Positions 55,294 to 64,000 of a DNA stretch of 64,000 bases are shown one piece after another. Each line of letters opens with the position of its first letter. Position 1 is the stretch's first letter. The stretch comes from Candidatus Latescibacterota bacterium. GTDB lineage: Bacteria > Latescibacterota > UBA2968 > UBA8231. The DNA lies in the NCBI GenBank assembly GCA_964291625.2, contig OZ220090.1, forward strand, positions 96,001-160,000. Reading direction: 5' to 3'. The notes below the pieces were generated by a model that made no database searches, had not been told where the DNA came from, and saw only the letters and a program-made list of their open reading frames with translations. The position numbers were made by a program, and so were the translations under genes.

Positions 55294-58017
55294 TCACTCC
55301 GGGTTCACCCGGATCTCGTCGGCGAAGAGCCACGCCGGGGCGCCGGCGCCGGGATGCCACGACGGGCCCCGTCCCATGGTGCGGGCCCGCACCCGCACGA
55401 AGCGGGCGTGGTCGGCGGGGGCCCTGGCGACCAGCTCCTCCACCCGGGGGCCGCGGGCGCGGTCGTCGACCGCGTGGTCGGCGGTGGCGAAGGGCCGGAA
55501 GGTCCTGCCGTCGTCGGAGAGGTTGACCTCCATGACCCGGGGCAGCCAGATCCAGGCGGACGTGCTCTGCAGGAAACGGCAGGCCACGGCCTCGACCTCC
55601 ACCGGCTCGCCGAGGTCGACGACGGCGTGCAGGTCGACGCCCTCGAAGCCCTGCCAGCGGCCGTCGTCGAAGAACCCGGAGCCGAGGATGCCGTCGGTCA
55701 GCGCCTCGGGGCCGCCCGCCGGGTAGCGCCCGGAGTGGGGATGGGCCAGGTCGACGAACCGGCCCAGGGCGGCGTGGTGATGCAGGTCGAGCCCGGTCCG
55801 GGCGAGGACGACGCCGTCGTCGACGAGGGCCACCCGCACCTGGGTGGGCCCCCGCGTCGTCAGCGGGTGGGCGTACACCGGGTCCCGCGCCGTGGCCTCG
55901 CGCCCGTCGAGACGCAGGTGGACCTCGCCCTCCGGGACCACCGACTCCACCGAGATCCAGTGGCCGGTGGGTGTGGCGCTGGTGAGGATGCGGGGCGAGA
56001 TGTCCTGGTACTCCACCAGGTCGAGCCAGGCCGTGCCCGCCGTGGCCAGGCCGAGGTCGAGGGGGGCCCGCCTGGCGCCGCCGCTGGTGGCGTCGAGATG
56101 GTAGCGGGTCCAGCGGCCGCCGAGCCGGAAGTCGGCCGAGTCGCCCCCGGCGTGGGACCACAGGCGCAGGACCGGCGCCGTGCCCTCCGGGGCCCGCGCC
56201 CAGACGGAGAGCCGGTAGGTCCGTGCCGGCACGACGGTGGGCGCGTAGGGCCGCACACGGACACCCTGACCGGGGCCGGGCGAGACCAGGCGCAGGGAAC
56301 GCCGGCCGTGGTGGGCCAGGCGCCCGTCGACGAAGGCGGTGGCTCCGCGGCCGTCGCCGACGCGGGCGTAGATGGCGGCCGGCACGGCCGGCGACGCGTC
56401 CCACTCGAAGCTCGGGTCGACGATGTGGTTGAGGACGCTCAGCGGCGCCGGCGCCGGCCCCCGCAGGCGGTAGAGGCGGACGCCGTAGGCGTCGATGAAG
56501 TCCTCGAGCTTCAGGTCCCGCGCCCCGGGTGCGTCCCGGCCGCGCCGCAGCAGGCCGGTGACCATTCCCAGGGGCCGCCCCAGCAGGCGGATCCCGCGGG
56601 GGCGCGACACCTTGCGCAGCGGCACGACGCGGTCCTCGTAGAGGACGTCCGCCTCCACGGCCTCCGTCTCCGCCCCCGGCAGCAGCAGCTCGAAGGGGAG
56701 GGGCTGGTTGCGGGTGTTGACCGCGGCGATCACGGTCTCGCCGCCGTGGCGCCAGGCCGCGGCGCGCACCCCTTCCTGCGGCGACAGGGCGAGGGGCCGC
56801 GGCTCCCGGGAGAGCAGGTGCGGCGCCAGGGCCTGCACCTCCAGGGCGGCGCGGCCGGCGGCGGCCCAGGTCGCCGGCGACTTGGGGAACCCGCTCAGAC
56901 CGTGGCGGATGAAGTACTGCACCCCCGTGGCCCCCTCGACGAGGGCCAGCCACGTCATCAGGCGCAGCTCCCGCGCCGTGGGCTCGCGGGTCCAGTGCTC
57001 GCCGCCGCCGAAGGCCTGGCCCACCAGCCACACGGGGGTCCGCGGTCCCAGCCCCTGGAGCGCCGCGGCCACCGCCGGTCCCACCGTCGCCGGGGGCGCG
57101 TTGGGGATCGGGTAGGGATCGATCATGGCCACGTCCACCGCCGCCGCGAACGGCTGCCCGGCCCCGGCGTTGAGGAAGACCATGGTCACCGGGTGGTAGG
57201 GGTCCAGCTCCCGCACCCGGTCGTAGAGGCGCTGCATCGTCTCGGGGTCGACGCCCCGGAGGCCGGGCTCGTCGGCGATGTACCAGGCCAGCAGCGCCGG
57301 GTGGTCGCGCACGGCCTCGATCTCGGTCCGCAGCCACTCGTCTCGCTGCTCCGGGGGGATCTCCCGGCCGGAGCCGCTGTACACGCCACCGCCGCCGGAG
57401 ACGTCGAGCAGCTGGTAGTGGACCTTCATCCCCAGGGCGGCGGCGCGGTCGAGGTAGGCGATGCGCTCGCCGAGGGAGCCCGGGTCGTTGGGCTGGTAGG
57501 GGCTCATGAGGTTGAAGCCCCGCACCGCCTCCTCGGCGGCCAGGGTCGGCTGCACCGGCCAGTAGCAGTAGAAGCCGAAGGGGAACCAGGGCAGGCCGCC
57601 GACGCGGAGGCCGCCGCCGAGGCGGTCGACCTGCACGGCGTTGGCCCTCGGCGGCAGCCGCGTCACCACGGCCCTGGCGCGGCCGGCCTCCTGACCGCCG
57701 GAGCGCAGGCGGCAGGTCAGCTCGGTGTCGCCGGTCGGCAGGGACTCCAGCGGGAACGCCACCCACGGCCGCCGGCCCTGAACGACGGGGGCTCCGCGCG
57801 CCAGGACCCGCTCCCCGGCCAGCACGTCGGCCCGCAGTTCCGCGTCTTCGGGGACCGCCGGCAGGCCGGTCAGCACCAGCCGTCCCTCGGCTTCCTCCAT
57901 GTAGTAGGAGAGGGCGGAGACCGCCTCGAGGGCCGCCGCCGGCGCCGCTGCCGCCAGGGCCAGGAGGAGCCCGAGGACGGCGCCCTTTCCGGGGATCCCT
58001 CTCACGGGGCGGCGCAC
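55294..58017 (-). CDS. Secreted multidomain glycoside-hydrolase-like protein (TIM barrel + CBM-like + FN3-associated + discoidin); alternative in-frame GTG at 58107
   Basis: Signal peptide; HPALLAWYIADEP, DPYPI, VGQAF; DPSFE...SLRL CBM-like segment; LTDG..G...WQGF...VVDLG F5/8-like C-terminus. Confidence 0.7.
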   Translation of the reverse strand: MRRPVRGIPGKGAVLGLLLALAAAAPAAALEAVSALSYYMEEAEGRLVLTGLPAVPEDAELRADVLAGERVLARGAPVVQGRRPWVAFPLESLPTGDTELTCRLRSGGQEAGRARAVVTRLPPRANAVQVDRLGGGLRVGGLPWFPFGFYCYWPVQPTLAAEEAVRGFNLMSPYQPNDPGSLGERIAYLDRAAALGMKVHYQLLDVSGGGGVYSGSGREIPPEQRDEWLRTEIEAVRDHPALLAWYIADEPGLRGVDPETMQRLYDRVRELDPYHPVTMVFLNAGAGQPFAAAVDVAMIDPYPIPNAPPATVGPAVAAALQGLGPRTPVWLVGQAFGGGEHWTREPTARELRLMTWLALVEGATGVQYFIRHGLSGFPKSPATWAAAGRAALEVQALAPHLLSREPRPLALSPQEGVRAAAWRHGGETVIAAVNTRNQPLPFELLLPGAETEAVEADVLYEDRVVPLRKVSRPRGIRLLGRPLGMVTGLLRRGRDAPGARDLKLEDFIDAYGVRLYRLRGPAPAPLSVLNHIVDPSFEWDASPAVPAAIYARVGDGRGATAFVDGRLAHHGRRSLRLVSPGPGQGVRVRPYAPTVVPARTYRLSVWARAPEGTAPVLRLWSHAGGDSADFRLGGRWTRYHLDATSGGARRAPLDLGLATAGTAWLDLVEYQDISPRILTSATPTGHWISVESVVPEGEVHLRLDGREATARDPVYAHPLTTRGPTQVRVALVDDGVVLARTGLDLHHHAALGRFVDLAHPHSGRYPAGGPEALTDGILGSGFFDDGRWQGFEGVDLHAVVDLGEPVEVEAVACRFLQSTSAWIWLPRVMEVNLSDDGRTFRPFATADHAVDDRARGPRVEELVARAPADHARFVRVRARTMGRGPSWHPGAGAPAWLFADEIRVNPE

Positions 58018-58190
58018 CTCGGGGCCGCTGGCTTCGCCGCGCTCGTCAACGCCGGGGCGAGGCCGGGCGGCCCCCTTCCCTCGGATGGCTCTCACGGGGC
58101 GGCGCACCTCGGGGCGGCCGGCGCCGCCGCGTTGGTCAACGCCAGGGCGGGGCCGAGGGCCGCAACCCTCCTCCAGGCGGCTCTCACGGC
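57982..58190. repeat. About 90-bp imperfect tandem repeat (2+ copies)
   Basis: CTCTCACGGGGCGGCGCACCTCGGGGC at 57999 and 58089; partial CTCTCACGG at 58181. Confidence 0.8.
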
Positions 58191-58198
58191 ATCGACCC

Positions 58199-59263
58199 TC
58201 AGGGCGCGGGAGCCCCCGCCCCGGCGGGCAGCTCGGGCCTGTGCTGGTACCCGGGCTCCCGCTTCTGGCGCTTCTGGATGGCGGCGATCTCCCGCCAGGT
58301 GGCGATCAGGCCCCGGGGGCAGGGGGGCAGGTCGTGGCGGATGGCGCGGTGCAGCCGGCCCAGGCGGTAGCAGGGCACGGCGGCGTACATGTGGTGCTCG
58401 ATGTGGTAGTTCATGTGCCAGTAGAGGAAGCGCACTACCGGGTTGAGCAGGAAGGTGCGCGAGTTCAGGCGGAAGTCGGGGATCTCGTCGCTGAGGCCGA
58501 TGTGCTGGCTGCTGTTGCACAGCAGGAACAGCCAGCGGCCGTAGAAGGAGGCGAAGGTGAGCAGCAGCGGCAGCTGCCACCAGCCCATGTAGAGGGACCC
58601 GCCGAGGATCGCCGCGTGGCCGCCGAGCAGCACCCGGTCCCAGCGGAACAGGCGCCGCCGCTTCTCCACCTCCTCCGGCGGGAAGAGGACCGCCTCCCAC
58701 CCGGGGTTGGTCTGCCCGAGGACACCGCGGCGGAAGACCCCGCGGATCCGGTGCCAGGCGCCCCAGAAGTCGACCACGGCGCCGCGCAGGTAGCCCTTCA
58801 GGGTCATGTACACGGGCAGCACCACCTCGCCGTCCTCGGGCGGGTAGAGGGTGTACTTGTGGTGCTCGGAGTGGCTGGCCCAGAACTGCACGGGGTTGTA
58901 CCAGCCGAGGAAGCTGAGCACGTGCAGGAAGAAGAGGTTGAGCCACTTCGTGCGGAAGACGGAGCTGTGGCACAGCTCGTGGAAGCCGTTGATGATGAAG
59001 TTGTAGCCCGTGCCGTGGACGAAGACGGCGAGGACGACCCAGGGCCAGGACAGGTGCAGGGAGGCGTACCACGCCGCCGCGCCGGTGGCGGTCAGGGTGC
59101 CCAGGAAGCCGAGGGTCTGGGCCAGGCCCAGCAGGTCGCTGCGGCGGTTCAGGTCGGCCAGGAGCTGCCGGTCGAGGCGGGTCCGGTACCAGGGGATGCG
59201 GCGCTTCGTCTGACGCTCCTCGGGCGCCAGGACGAGGTCGGCCGCGGCAGGCTTCACGCCCAT
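58199..59263 (-). CDS. Membrane di-iron fatty-acid-desaturase family protein (MocD/rhizopine-oxygenase-like)
   Basis: His boxes HELCH, HSEHH, YHIEHH; QH.GL; AAVPCYRL. Confidence 0.85.
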   Translation of the reverse strand: MGVKPAAADLVLAPEERQTKRRIPWYRTRLDRQLLADLNRRSDLLGLAQTLGFLGTLTATGAAAWYASLHLSWPWVVLAVFVHGTGYNFIINGFHELCHSSVFRTKWLNLFFLHVLSFLGWYNPVQFWASHSEHHKYTLYPPEDGEVVLPVYMTLKGYLRGAVVDFWGAWHRIRGVFRRGVLGQTNPGWEAVLFPPEEVEKRRRLFRWDRVLLGGHAAILGGSLYMGWWQLPLLLTFASFYGRWLFLLCNSSQHIGLSDEIPDFRLNSRTFLLNPVVRFLYWHMNYHIEHHMYAAVPCYRLGRLHRAIRHDLPPCPRGLIATWREIAAIQKRQKREPGYQHRPELPAGAGAPAP

Positions 59264-60075
59264 ACGAAGATCTCCTCCTCGTCGTCGGAGGTGGCGAAGA
59301 ACATGGCGAGCACCGCCCGGGGCCGGTCGCCGACCACGGGGGGCACCTCGTGGATGTTCTCGGAGAAGAAGAAGTAGAGGTCCCCCGGCTCGAGGTTCAC
59401 CTGGGCGCGCTCGATGCCGTTGGCGGCCACGTGCTCGGGGAACCGCCGTGCCGCCATCACCGGCTGCAGCTCCGGGGTCCAGGCACAGTTGTAGAGGAAG
59501 GGCTCGCCCGTCTCCTCGTCCCCCTCCGAGTTCTGGAAGCAGAGGACCCCCGCGAACTGCCGGTCGAAGCGCGACACGGCGTACTCCACCGCCTTGGTGC
59601 GTTTGGCCACCGAGTCGAAGTGGGGCCCGTGGCCGACCTCGGCGTGGTAGATGCGGAAGATGGCGGGGCCGTACTCGCGGCCGTCGGGCTCGCGCGCCGT
59701 CATCACCCGCTTCTCCGGCGCCAGCTCCGCCAGGGCCCGGTACATGGTGCGCACCGGGTCCTCGTAGCCGTCGAAGAGGGTGGAGAACAGCTCCCGCGTC
59801 TGCCGCGAGTGCTCGAAGAACTTCCCGGGGTCGGAGCGGTAGCGGCCGAAGCTGGTGCCGATATCGACGCGCGGCACCCTGCCCTCGCCGCTCCGCCCGG
59901 GGTCGTAGAGCAGGCCGCGCTCGCGGAAGCGCTCCATGAGGGCGCCGCAGTGGTCGGCGGGAAAGGCGCCGCGCAGCACGAGGGCGGGGACCTCGCCCCG
60001 CGCCAGGGCGTCGAGGGGGCGGGGGAAGCGGTTGCGGATCTCCCCGGTCGTGCCCTCCACCGGGGTCCAGGTCAT
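59254..60075 (-). CDS. Putative 2OG-Fe(II) oxygenase
   Basis: HFD...GDLYFF...HEV...R facial triad and 2OG-binding Arg in a jelly-roll fold. Confidence 0.7.
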   Translation of the reverse strand: MTWTPVEGTTGEIRNRFPRPLDALARGEVPALVLRGAFPADHCGALMERFRERGLLYDPGRSGEGRVPRVDIGTSFGRYRSDPGKFFEHSRQTRELFSTLFDGYEDPVRTMYRALAELAPEKRVMTAREPDGREYGPAIFRIYHAEVGHGPHFDSVAKRTKAVEYAVSRFDRQFAGVLCFQNSEGDEETGEPFLYNCAWTPELQPVMAARRFPEHVAANGIERAQVNLEPGDLYFFFSENIHEVPPVVGDRPRAVLAMFFATSDDEEEIFVWA

Positions 60076-60080
60076 CGTCG

Positions 60081-62315
60081 TCACGAAGGCTCTCCGAGTT
60101 GCCAGTCCGGGTGCTCGTCCATCTCCAGCGCCGCGTGCGCGAAGAAGGGGTAGACGCTCCACTCCACGCAGCCCACGAGGCCGGGGCGGCCGCTGCCGAA
60201 GTCGAAGGGCCAGGCGTTCGGCCCGTGGATGGTGAAGGCCAGGGGCTCGCCGTAGCAGCGCAGCTGGCGCGGCTCGGCGAAGAGGGGTTCCCGCCGCGTG
60301 CCGACGTTGCGCAGCAGATGGAGGTGGCCGCTGCCGGCGGTGTTGTAGATCAGGTCGAGGCGGCCGTCGCCGTCCCAGTCGACGAGGCGGAACGACTCCG
60401 TCCAGTGCCGCTCCCGTCCCACGCAGGAGTCGTCGATCTCGCGCCCGTCCCGCAGCCGCAGCCGGTCCCGCTTGCGCAGGCCGCGGCGGCCGTCCCCGGC
60501 GTCGTACTGGACGAAGTGGGTGAGCCGCCGTTCCTCGTCGTGGGTGACGAGGTCGCAGACGCCGTCGCCGTCGAGATCGCCGAAGGCGGCGCCGGTGCGC
60601 CAGAAGAAGGGGGAGGCGGGATCCGCCGGGTAGGGGTGGTTGGGCCGCTCCGGGTCGGCGGCGCGGCGGCCGGACTCGACGCGGGTCTCCTCCGAGTCGG
60701 GGTAGCCGTCGACGACGAGCTGCTGCCGCGGCCCGAAGCGCGGCGCCTCGCGGCTGCCGACGTTGCGGTACCAGAAGATGCGGTTGGTCTCGTTGGGCAG
60801 CATCAGGTCCGGCCGCCCGTCGCCGTCCCAGTCGACGAAGCAGGGATACGGGTAGCCCATGTTGTGCCAATGGGAGCCGGGCAGGATCTCGTCCCGCAGC
60901 AGGCGCACCGGCCGGCCCTCCGAGAGGATCAGCTCCGGCGCCGACCACGACGGCTCCTCGTCGCTGCCGGTGTTGCGCAGGATGCGGGGCCAGCCGTAGC
61001 CGCCGCCGACGAGCAGGTCGGCGGTGCCGTCGCCGTCCCAGTCGCAGAAGCAGGGCCAGCTCTGGTCGGAGCAGGCCAGCACCGCCGAGAGCGACTCGGC
61101 GCGGCCGGCGGCCGTCGCCTGGAGCGAGCCGTCGCCCAGGGGCTCCAGCTCGAAGAAGGTCAGCTGCTGCCAGACGTCGTGCAGCGCCAGCAGTCCCGAG
61201 GTGCCGCCGTCGACGGCGGCCGCGATCCGCGTCGTCGAGGGCGGCAGCCCGTGGACGGGACGCGGCTCCGCGAAGGCGGGCTCGTCCCCCGGCAGGCGGG
61301 GCCGCCAGAAGGCCGTGGAGCCCGGCCAGGCGGATTCCGCGTCCGGGTGGTCGGTGCAGGCCGGCGGATTCTCCCGCAGGCCGACGAGGTCCAGGCGCCC
61401 GTCGCCGGTCAGGTCGAGGCAGGCGATCCGCTTGCCGGCGCCGAGATCGACCGCCCCGGCCGGCTCCACCGGCCAGCCGCCGGGGTTGAGATTGCGGATC
61501 CACCGGCCGTTGAAGAGCAGGTCGAGGACGCCGTCGCCGTCGAGATCGGCCACGGCCAGCGATTCCGTCCTCTCCACGGGGACGGCCAACTCGCCGGCGG
61601 GCTCGAAGACCGGCCAGCCGCCCCCGTCCCTCTCGGCGACGGGGTACAGCTCCAGTCGTCCGCCGCCGTCGGCGGAGAACACCAGCTCGGGGTCGCCGTC
61701 GCCGTCGAAGTCGCCGAAGGCGGCGTCCGTGTAGGTGCCGGGGAAGGGCTGCAGCCGCCCCGAGCCGGGATCGCGGAAGCGCAGCCGCACCGGGTCGCCG
61801 AAGTGGAGACGGCGGCCCTCGCGCGGCACCCGGGGATGGCAGACGACGCCGGAGCGCGGCTCCCCGGGCCGGTGGTAGTAGTTCCAGGTGCCGGCCAGGT
61901 CCGGCCGGCCGTCGCCGTCGAGGTCGGCCAGGCCGAAGCTGTGCAGGGTCACGGGCCGGGGCTCGCCGGCGTTGTGGCGCAGCAGGTCGCCGGCGCCGAC
62001 GGCGGGGGTCCGCACCCGGACGGGCAGATGGGGCCGGCGGTTCCCCGGGGGCACGGTGTCGAAGCGGATCTCGTAGCGGGTGCGGGAGGGGTCGCGCACC
62101 GCGAACTCGACGCGGCCCTCGTCGCCGTGGGCGAACTCCTCGGCCAAGTGGCAGGGCACGGGGGAGCCGTCGGCGAGGTCGATCACCTCGATCGACCCGG
62201 GGTCGAGTGGCTCCTCGCGGCCGGCCTTGCGGATCATGGCGCCGAGATCGAGACGGGCCGAGATCGGAATCGGGCCCAGGTCCTCCGGCAGGGGCGAGGT
62301 GATGGTGAAGGGCAC
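60081..62315 (-). CDS. FG-GAP/VCBS repeat beta-propeller protein
   Basis: Multiple D(L/W/F)DGDG..DL motifs. Confidence 0.8.
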   Translation of the reverse strand: MPFTITSPLPEDLGPIPISARLDLGAMIRKAGREEPLDPGSIEVIDLADGSPVPCHLAEEFAHGDEGRVEFAVRDPSRTRYEIRFDTVPPGNRRPHLPVRVRTPAVGAGDLLRHNAGEPRPVTLHSFGLADLDGDGRPDLAGTWNYYHRPGEPRSGVVCHPRVPREGRRLHFGDPVRLRFRDPGSGRLQPFPGTYTDAAFGDFDGDGDPELVFSADGGGRLELYPVAERDGGGWPVFEPAGELAVPVERTESLAVADLDGDGVLDLLFNGRWIRNLNPGGWPVEPAGAVDLGAGKRIACLDLTGDGRLDLVGLRENPPACTDHPDAESAWPGSTAFWRPRLPGDEPAFAEPRPVHGLPPSTTRIAAAVDGGTSGLLALHDVWQQLTFFELEPLGDGSLQATAAGRAESLSAVLACSDQSWPCFCDWDGDGTADLLVGGGYGWPRILRNTGSDEEPSWSAPELILSEGRPVRLLRDEILPGSHWHNMGYPYPCFVDWDGDGRPDLMLPNETNRIFWYRNVGSREAPRFGPRQQLVVDGYPDSEETRVESGRRAADPERPNHPYPADPASPFFWRTGAAFGDLDGDGVCDLVTHDEERRLTHFVQYDAGDGRRGLRKRDRLRLRDGREIDDSCVGRERHWTESFRLVDWDGDGRLDLIYNTAGSGHLHLLRNVGTRREPLFAEPRQLRCYGEPLAFTIHGPNAWPFDFGSGRPGLVGCVEWSVYPFFAHAALEMDEHPDWQLGEPS

Positions 62316-62329
62316 GGCGAGAGGGCGCC

Positions 62330-64000
62330 TCAATGGGCCTCCCGCCGGACCACGGCCCCCGACGCGCCTCGAAGGAAGTCGAAGTCCACTCCCAGGTGGG
62401 CCTGCTGCACGTGTTCGACGTAGAGGCGCACGTATCCCCGGGAATCGTGGGGCGGCGGCGGGGCCCAGGCGCCGCGGCGCCGGTTCAGCTCGTCGTCGTC
62501 GACGCGCAGGTGCAGGCCGCGGCCGCGCACGTCCAGCTCGATCTCGTCGCCGTTGCGCACCAGGGCCAGGGCCCCGCCCACGGCCGACTCGGGGGAGGTG
62601 TGGAGGACCACGGTGCCGTACGCCGTCCCCGACATGCGGCCGTCGGAGATGCGCACCATGTCGCGCACGCCGGCCTCGACCAGCTTCTTCGGCATGGGCA
62701 GGTTGCCGACCTCGGCCATCCCGGGGTAGCCCTTGGGGCCGGCGCCCTTGAGTACGAGGACGCAGCCCTCGTCCACGTCCAGATCCGGGTCGTCGATGCG
62801 CGCCTGCAGGTCCTCGATGTCCTCGAAGACCACCGCCCGGCCCCGGTGCTGCAGCAGCTCCGGCGTCGCCGCCGAGGGCTTGATGATCGCCCCGTCCTCG
62901 GCCAGGTTGCCGCGCAGCACGGCGATCCCGGCCTCCTCCTGCACCGGTTCGCCGAAGGGCCGGATCACCTCCCGGTCGTGGCAGGGGGCGCCGGCGGTGT
63001 TCTCGGCGAGGCTGCGGCCGTTGACGGTGGGGGCGTCCAGGTGCAGCAAGTCCTCCAGCTCGCGCAGGACCACCGGCAGGCCCCCGGCGTAGTAGAAGTC
63101 CTCCATCAGGAAGCGCCCCGAGGGCATCAGGTCGACGAGCAGGGGCAGGCGGCTGCCGAGCCGGTCGAAGTCGTCCAGGGAGAGCTCGACGCCGGCGCGC
63201 CCGGCCAGGGCCAGCAGGTGCACGACGAAGTTGGTGGAGCCGCCGATGGCGGCGTTGACGCGGATCGCGTTCTCGAAGGCGGGGCGGACGAGGATGCGCG
63301 ACGGGCGCAGGTCCTCCCTCACCATCTCCACGATGCGGTTTCCGGCGAGCTGGGCCAGCGACTTGCGGCGCGAGTCGGCCGCCGGGATGGCGGCGCCGCC
63401 GGGCAGGGTCAGGCCCAGGGCCTCGACCATGCAGGCCATGGTGGAGGCCGTGCCCATGGTCATGCAGTGGCCGGCGGAGCGCGACATGCAGGCCTCGGCC
63501 TCGGCGAACTCGTGCTCGGTCATGCGGCCGGCCCGCAGCTCCTCGGAGAACCGCCACACGTCGGTGCCGGAGCCGATGTCGCGGCCCCGGAACTTGCCGT
63601 TGAGCATCGGCCCGCCGGAGACGACCAGGGTCGGCAGGTCGCAGCTGACGGCGCCCATCAGCGTCGACGGGGTGGTCTTGTCGCAGCCGGCCAGCAGCAC
63701 CACGCCGTCCAGCGGGTTGGCCCGGATCGACTCCTCCACGTCCATGGAGACGAGGTTGCGGAAGAGCATCGTCGTGGGCCGCATGATCGCCTCGCCCAGG
63801 GACATGACCGGGAACTCCAGGGGCAGGCCGCCGGCCTCGAGGACGCCGCGCTTCACCATCTCCGCCAGGTCGCGGAAGTGGGCGTTGCACGGGGTCAGCT
63901 CCGACCAGGTGTTGCAGATGCCGATGACGGGACGGCCGTCGAAGGCGTGGTCGGGCACGCCCTCGATCCGCATCCAGCTGCGGTGGATGAAGGAGGTCTT
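62330..64000 (-). CDS. IlvD/Edd family dehydratase (sugar-acid dehydratase, L-arabonate-dehydratase-like); 5' end outside window
   Basis: ICNTWSELTPCNAH, GCDKTTP, GHCMTMGTASTM, GGSTN, GPKGYPGMAE, SDGRMSGT. Confidence 0.9.
   Translation of the reverse strand, partial: KTSFIHRSWMRIEGVPDHAFDGRPVIGICNTWSELTPCNAHFRDLAEMVKRGVLEAGGLPLEFPVMSLGEAIMRPTTMLFRNLVSMDVEESIRANPLDGVVLLAGCDKTTPSTLMGAVSCDLPTLVVSGGPMLNGKFRGRDIGSGTDVWRFSEELRAGRMTEHEFAEAEACMSRSAGHCMTMGTASTMACMVEALGLTLPGGAAIPAADSRRKSLAQLAGNRIVEMVREDLRPSRILVRPAFENAIRVNAAIGGSTNFVVHLLALAGRAGVELSLDDFDRLGSRLPLLVDLMPSGRFLMEDFYYAGGLPVVLRELEDLLHLDAPTVNGRSLAENTAGAPCHDREVIRPFGEPVQEEAGIAVLRGNLAEDGAIIKPSAATPELLQHRGRAVVFEDIEDLQARIDDPDLDVDEGCVLVLKGAGPKGYPGMAEVGNLPMPKKLVEAGVRDMVRISDGRMSGTAYGTVVLHTSPESAVGGALALVRNGDEIELDVRGRGLHLRVDDDELNRRRGAWAPPPPHDSRGYVRLYVEHVQQAHLGVDFDFLRGASGAVVRREAH

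Noticed and set aside
57982-58190. Repeat considered as a CRISPR array
   Set aside because: Only about two copies, the spacers are themselves homologous, and there are no cas genes

Overview
High-GC bacterial chromosomal window with about 48 densely packed genes. The gene content suggests an FCB-superphylum heterotroph, probably Latescibacterota- or Gemmatimonadota-like and possibly host-associated (inference). Supporting traits are NxPNPFN FlgD-Ig/T9SS-like C-terminal domains, a dockerin-like double EF-hand, a C-terminal TAVE-x3-WGxVK motif, two DUF6785-like membrane proteins, and WD40, FG-GAP and LRR proteins. Most of the window is catabolic (uxuA, Ldh_2, sulfatase, amidohydrolases, enolase-family dehydratase, BNR/sialidase, PhyH, amidase, desaturase, IlvD/Edd) plus housekeeping genes (murA, glutaredoxin, MazG-like, tRNA-Phe). 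Accessory content of interest: (i) a lower-GC type I Zorya operon (zorABCD) at the 3' end of tRNA-Phe, preceded by an overlapping Uma2 nuclease gene and followed 14 bp later by a voltage-gated channel with a TLEDWTD filter; (ii) a lower-GC DUF5131 (CX6CX2C) + TcmP two-gene module of unknown function; (iii) three antitoxin genes lacking intact toxins, including a recognisable hicA remnant; (iv) a GGT gene coupled to an oxidoreductase resembling animal OSGIN1/2; (v) an internally duplicated 1150-aa CPBP protease. No CRISPR array, rRNA, integrase or transposase was seen. All family calls come from motif recognition, not database searches.
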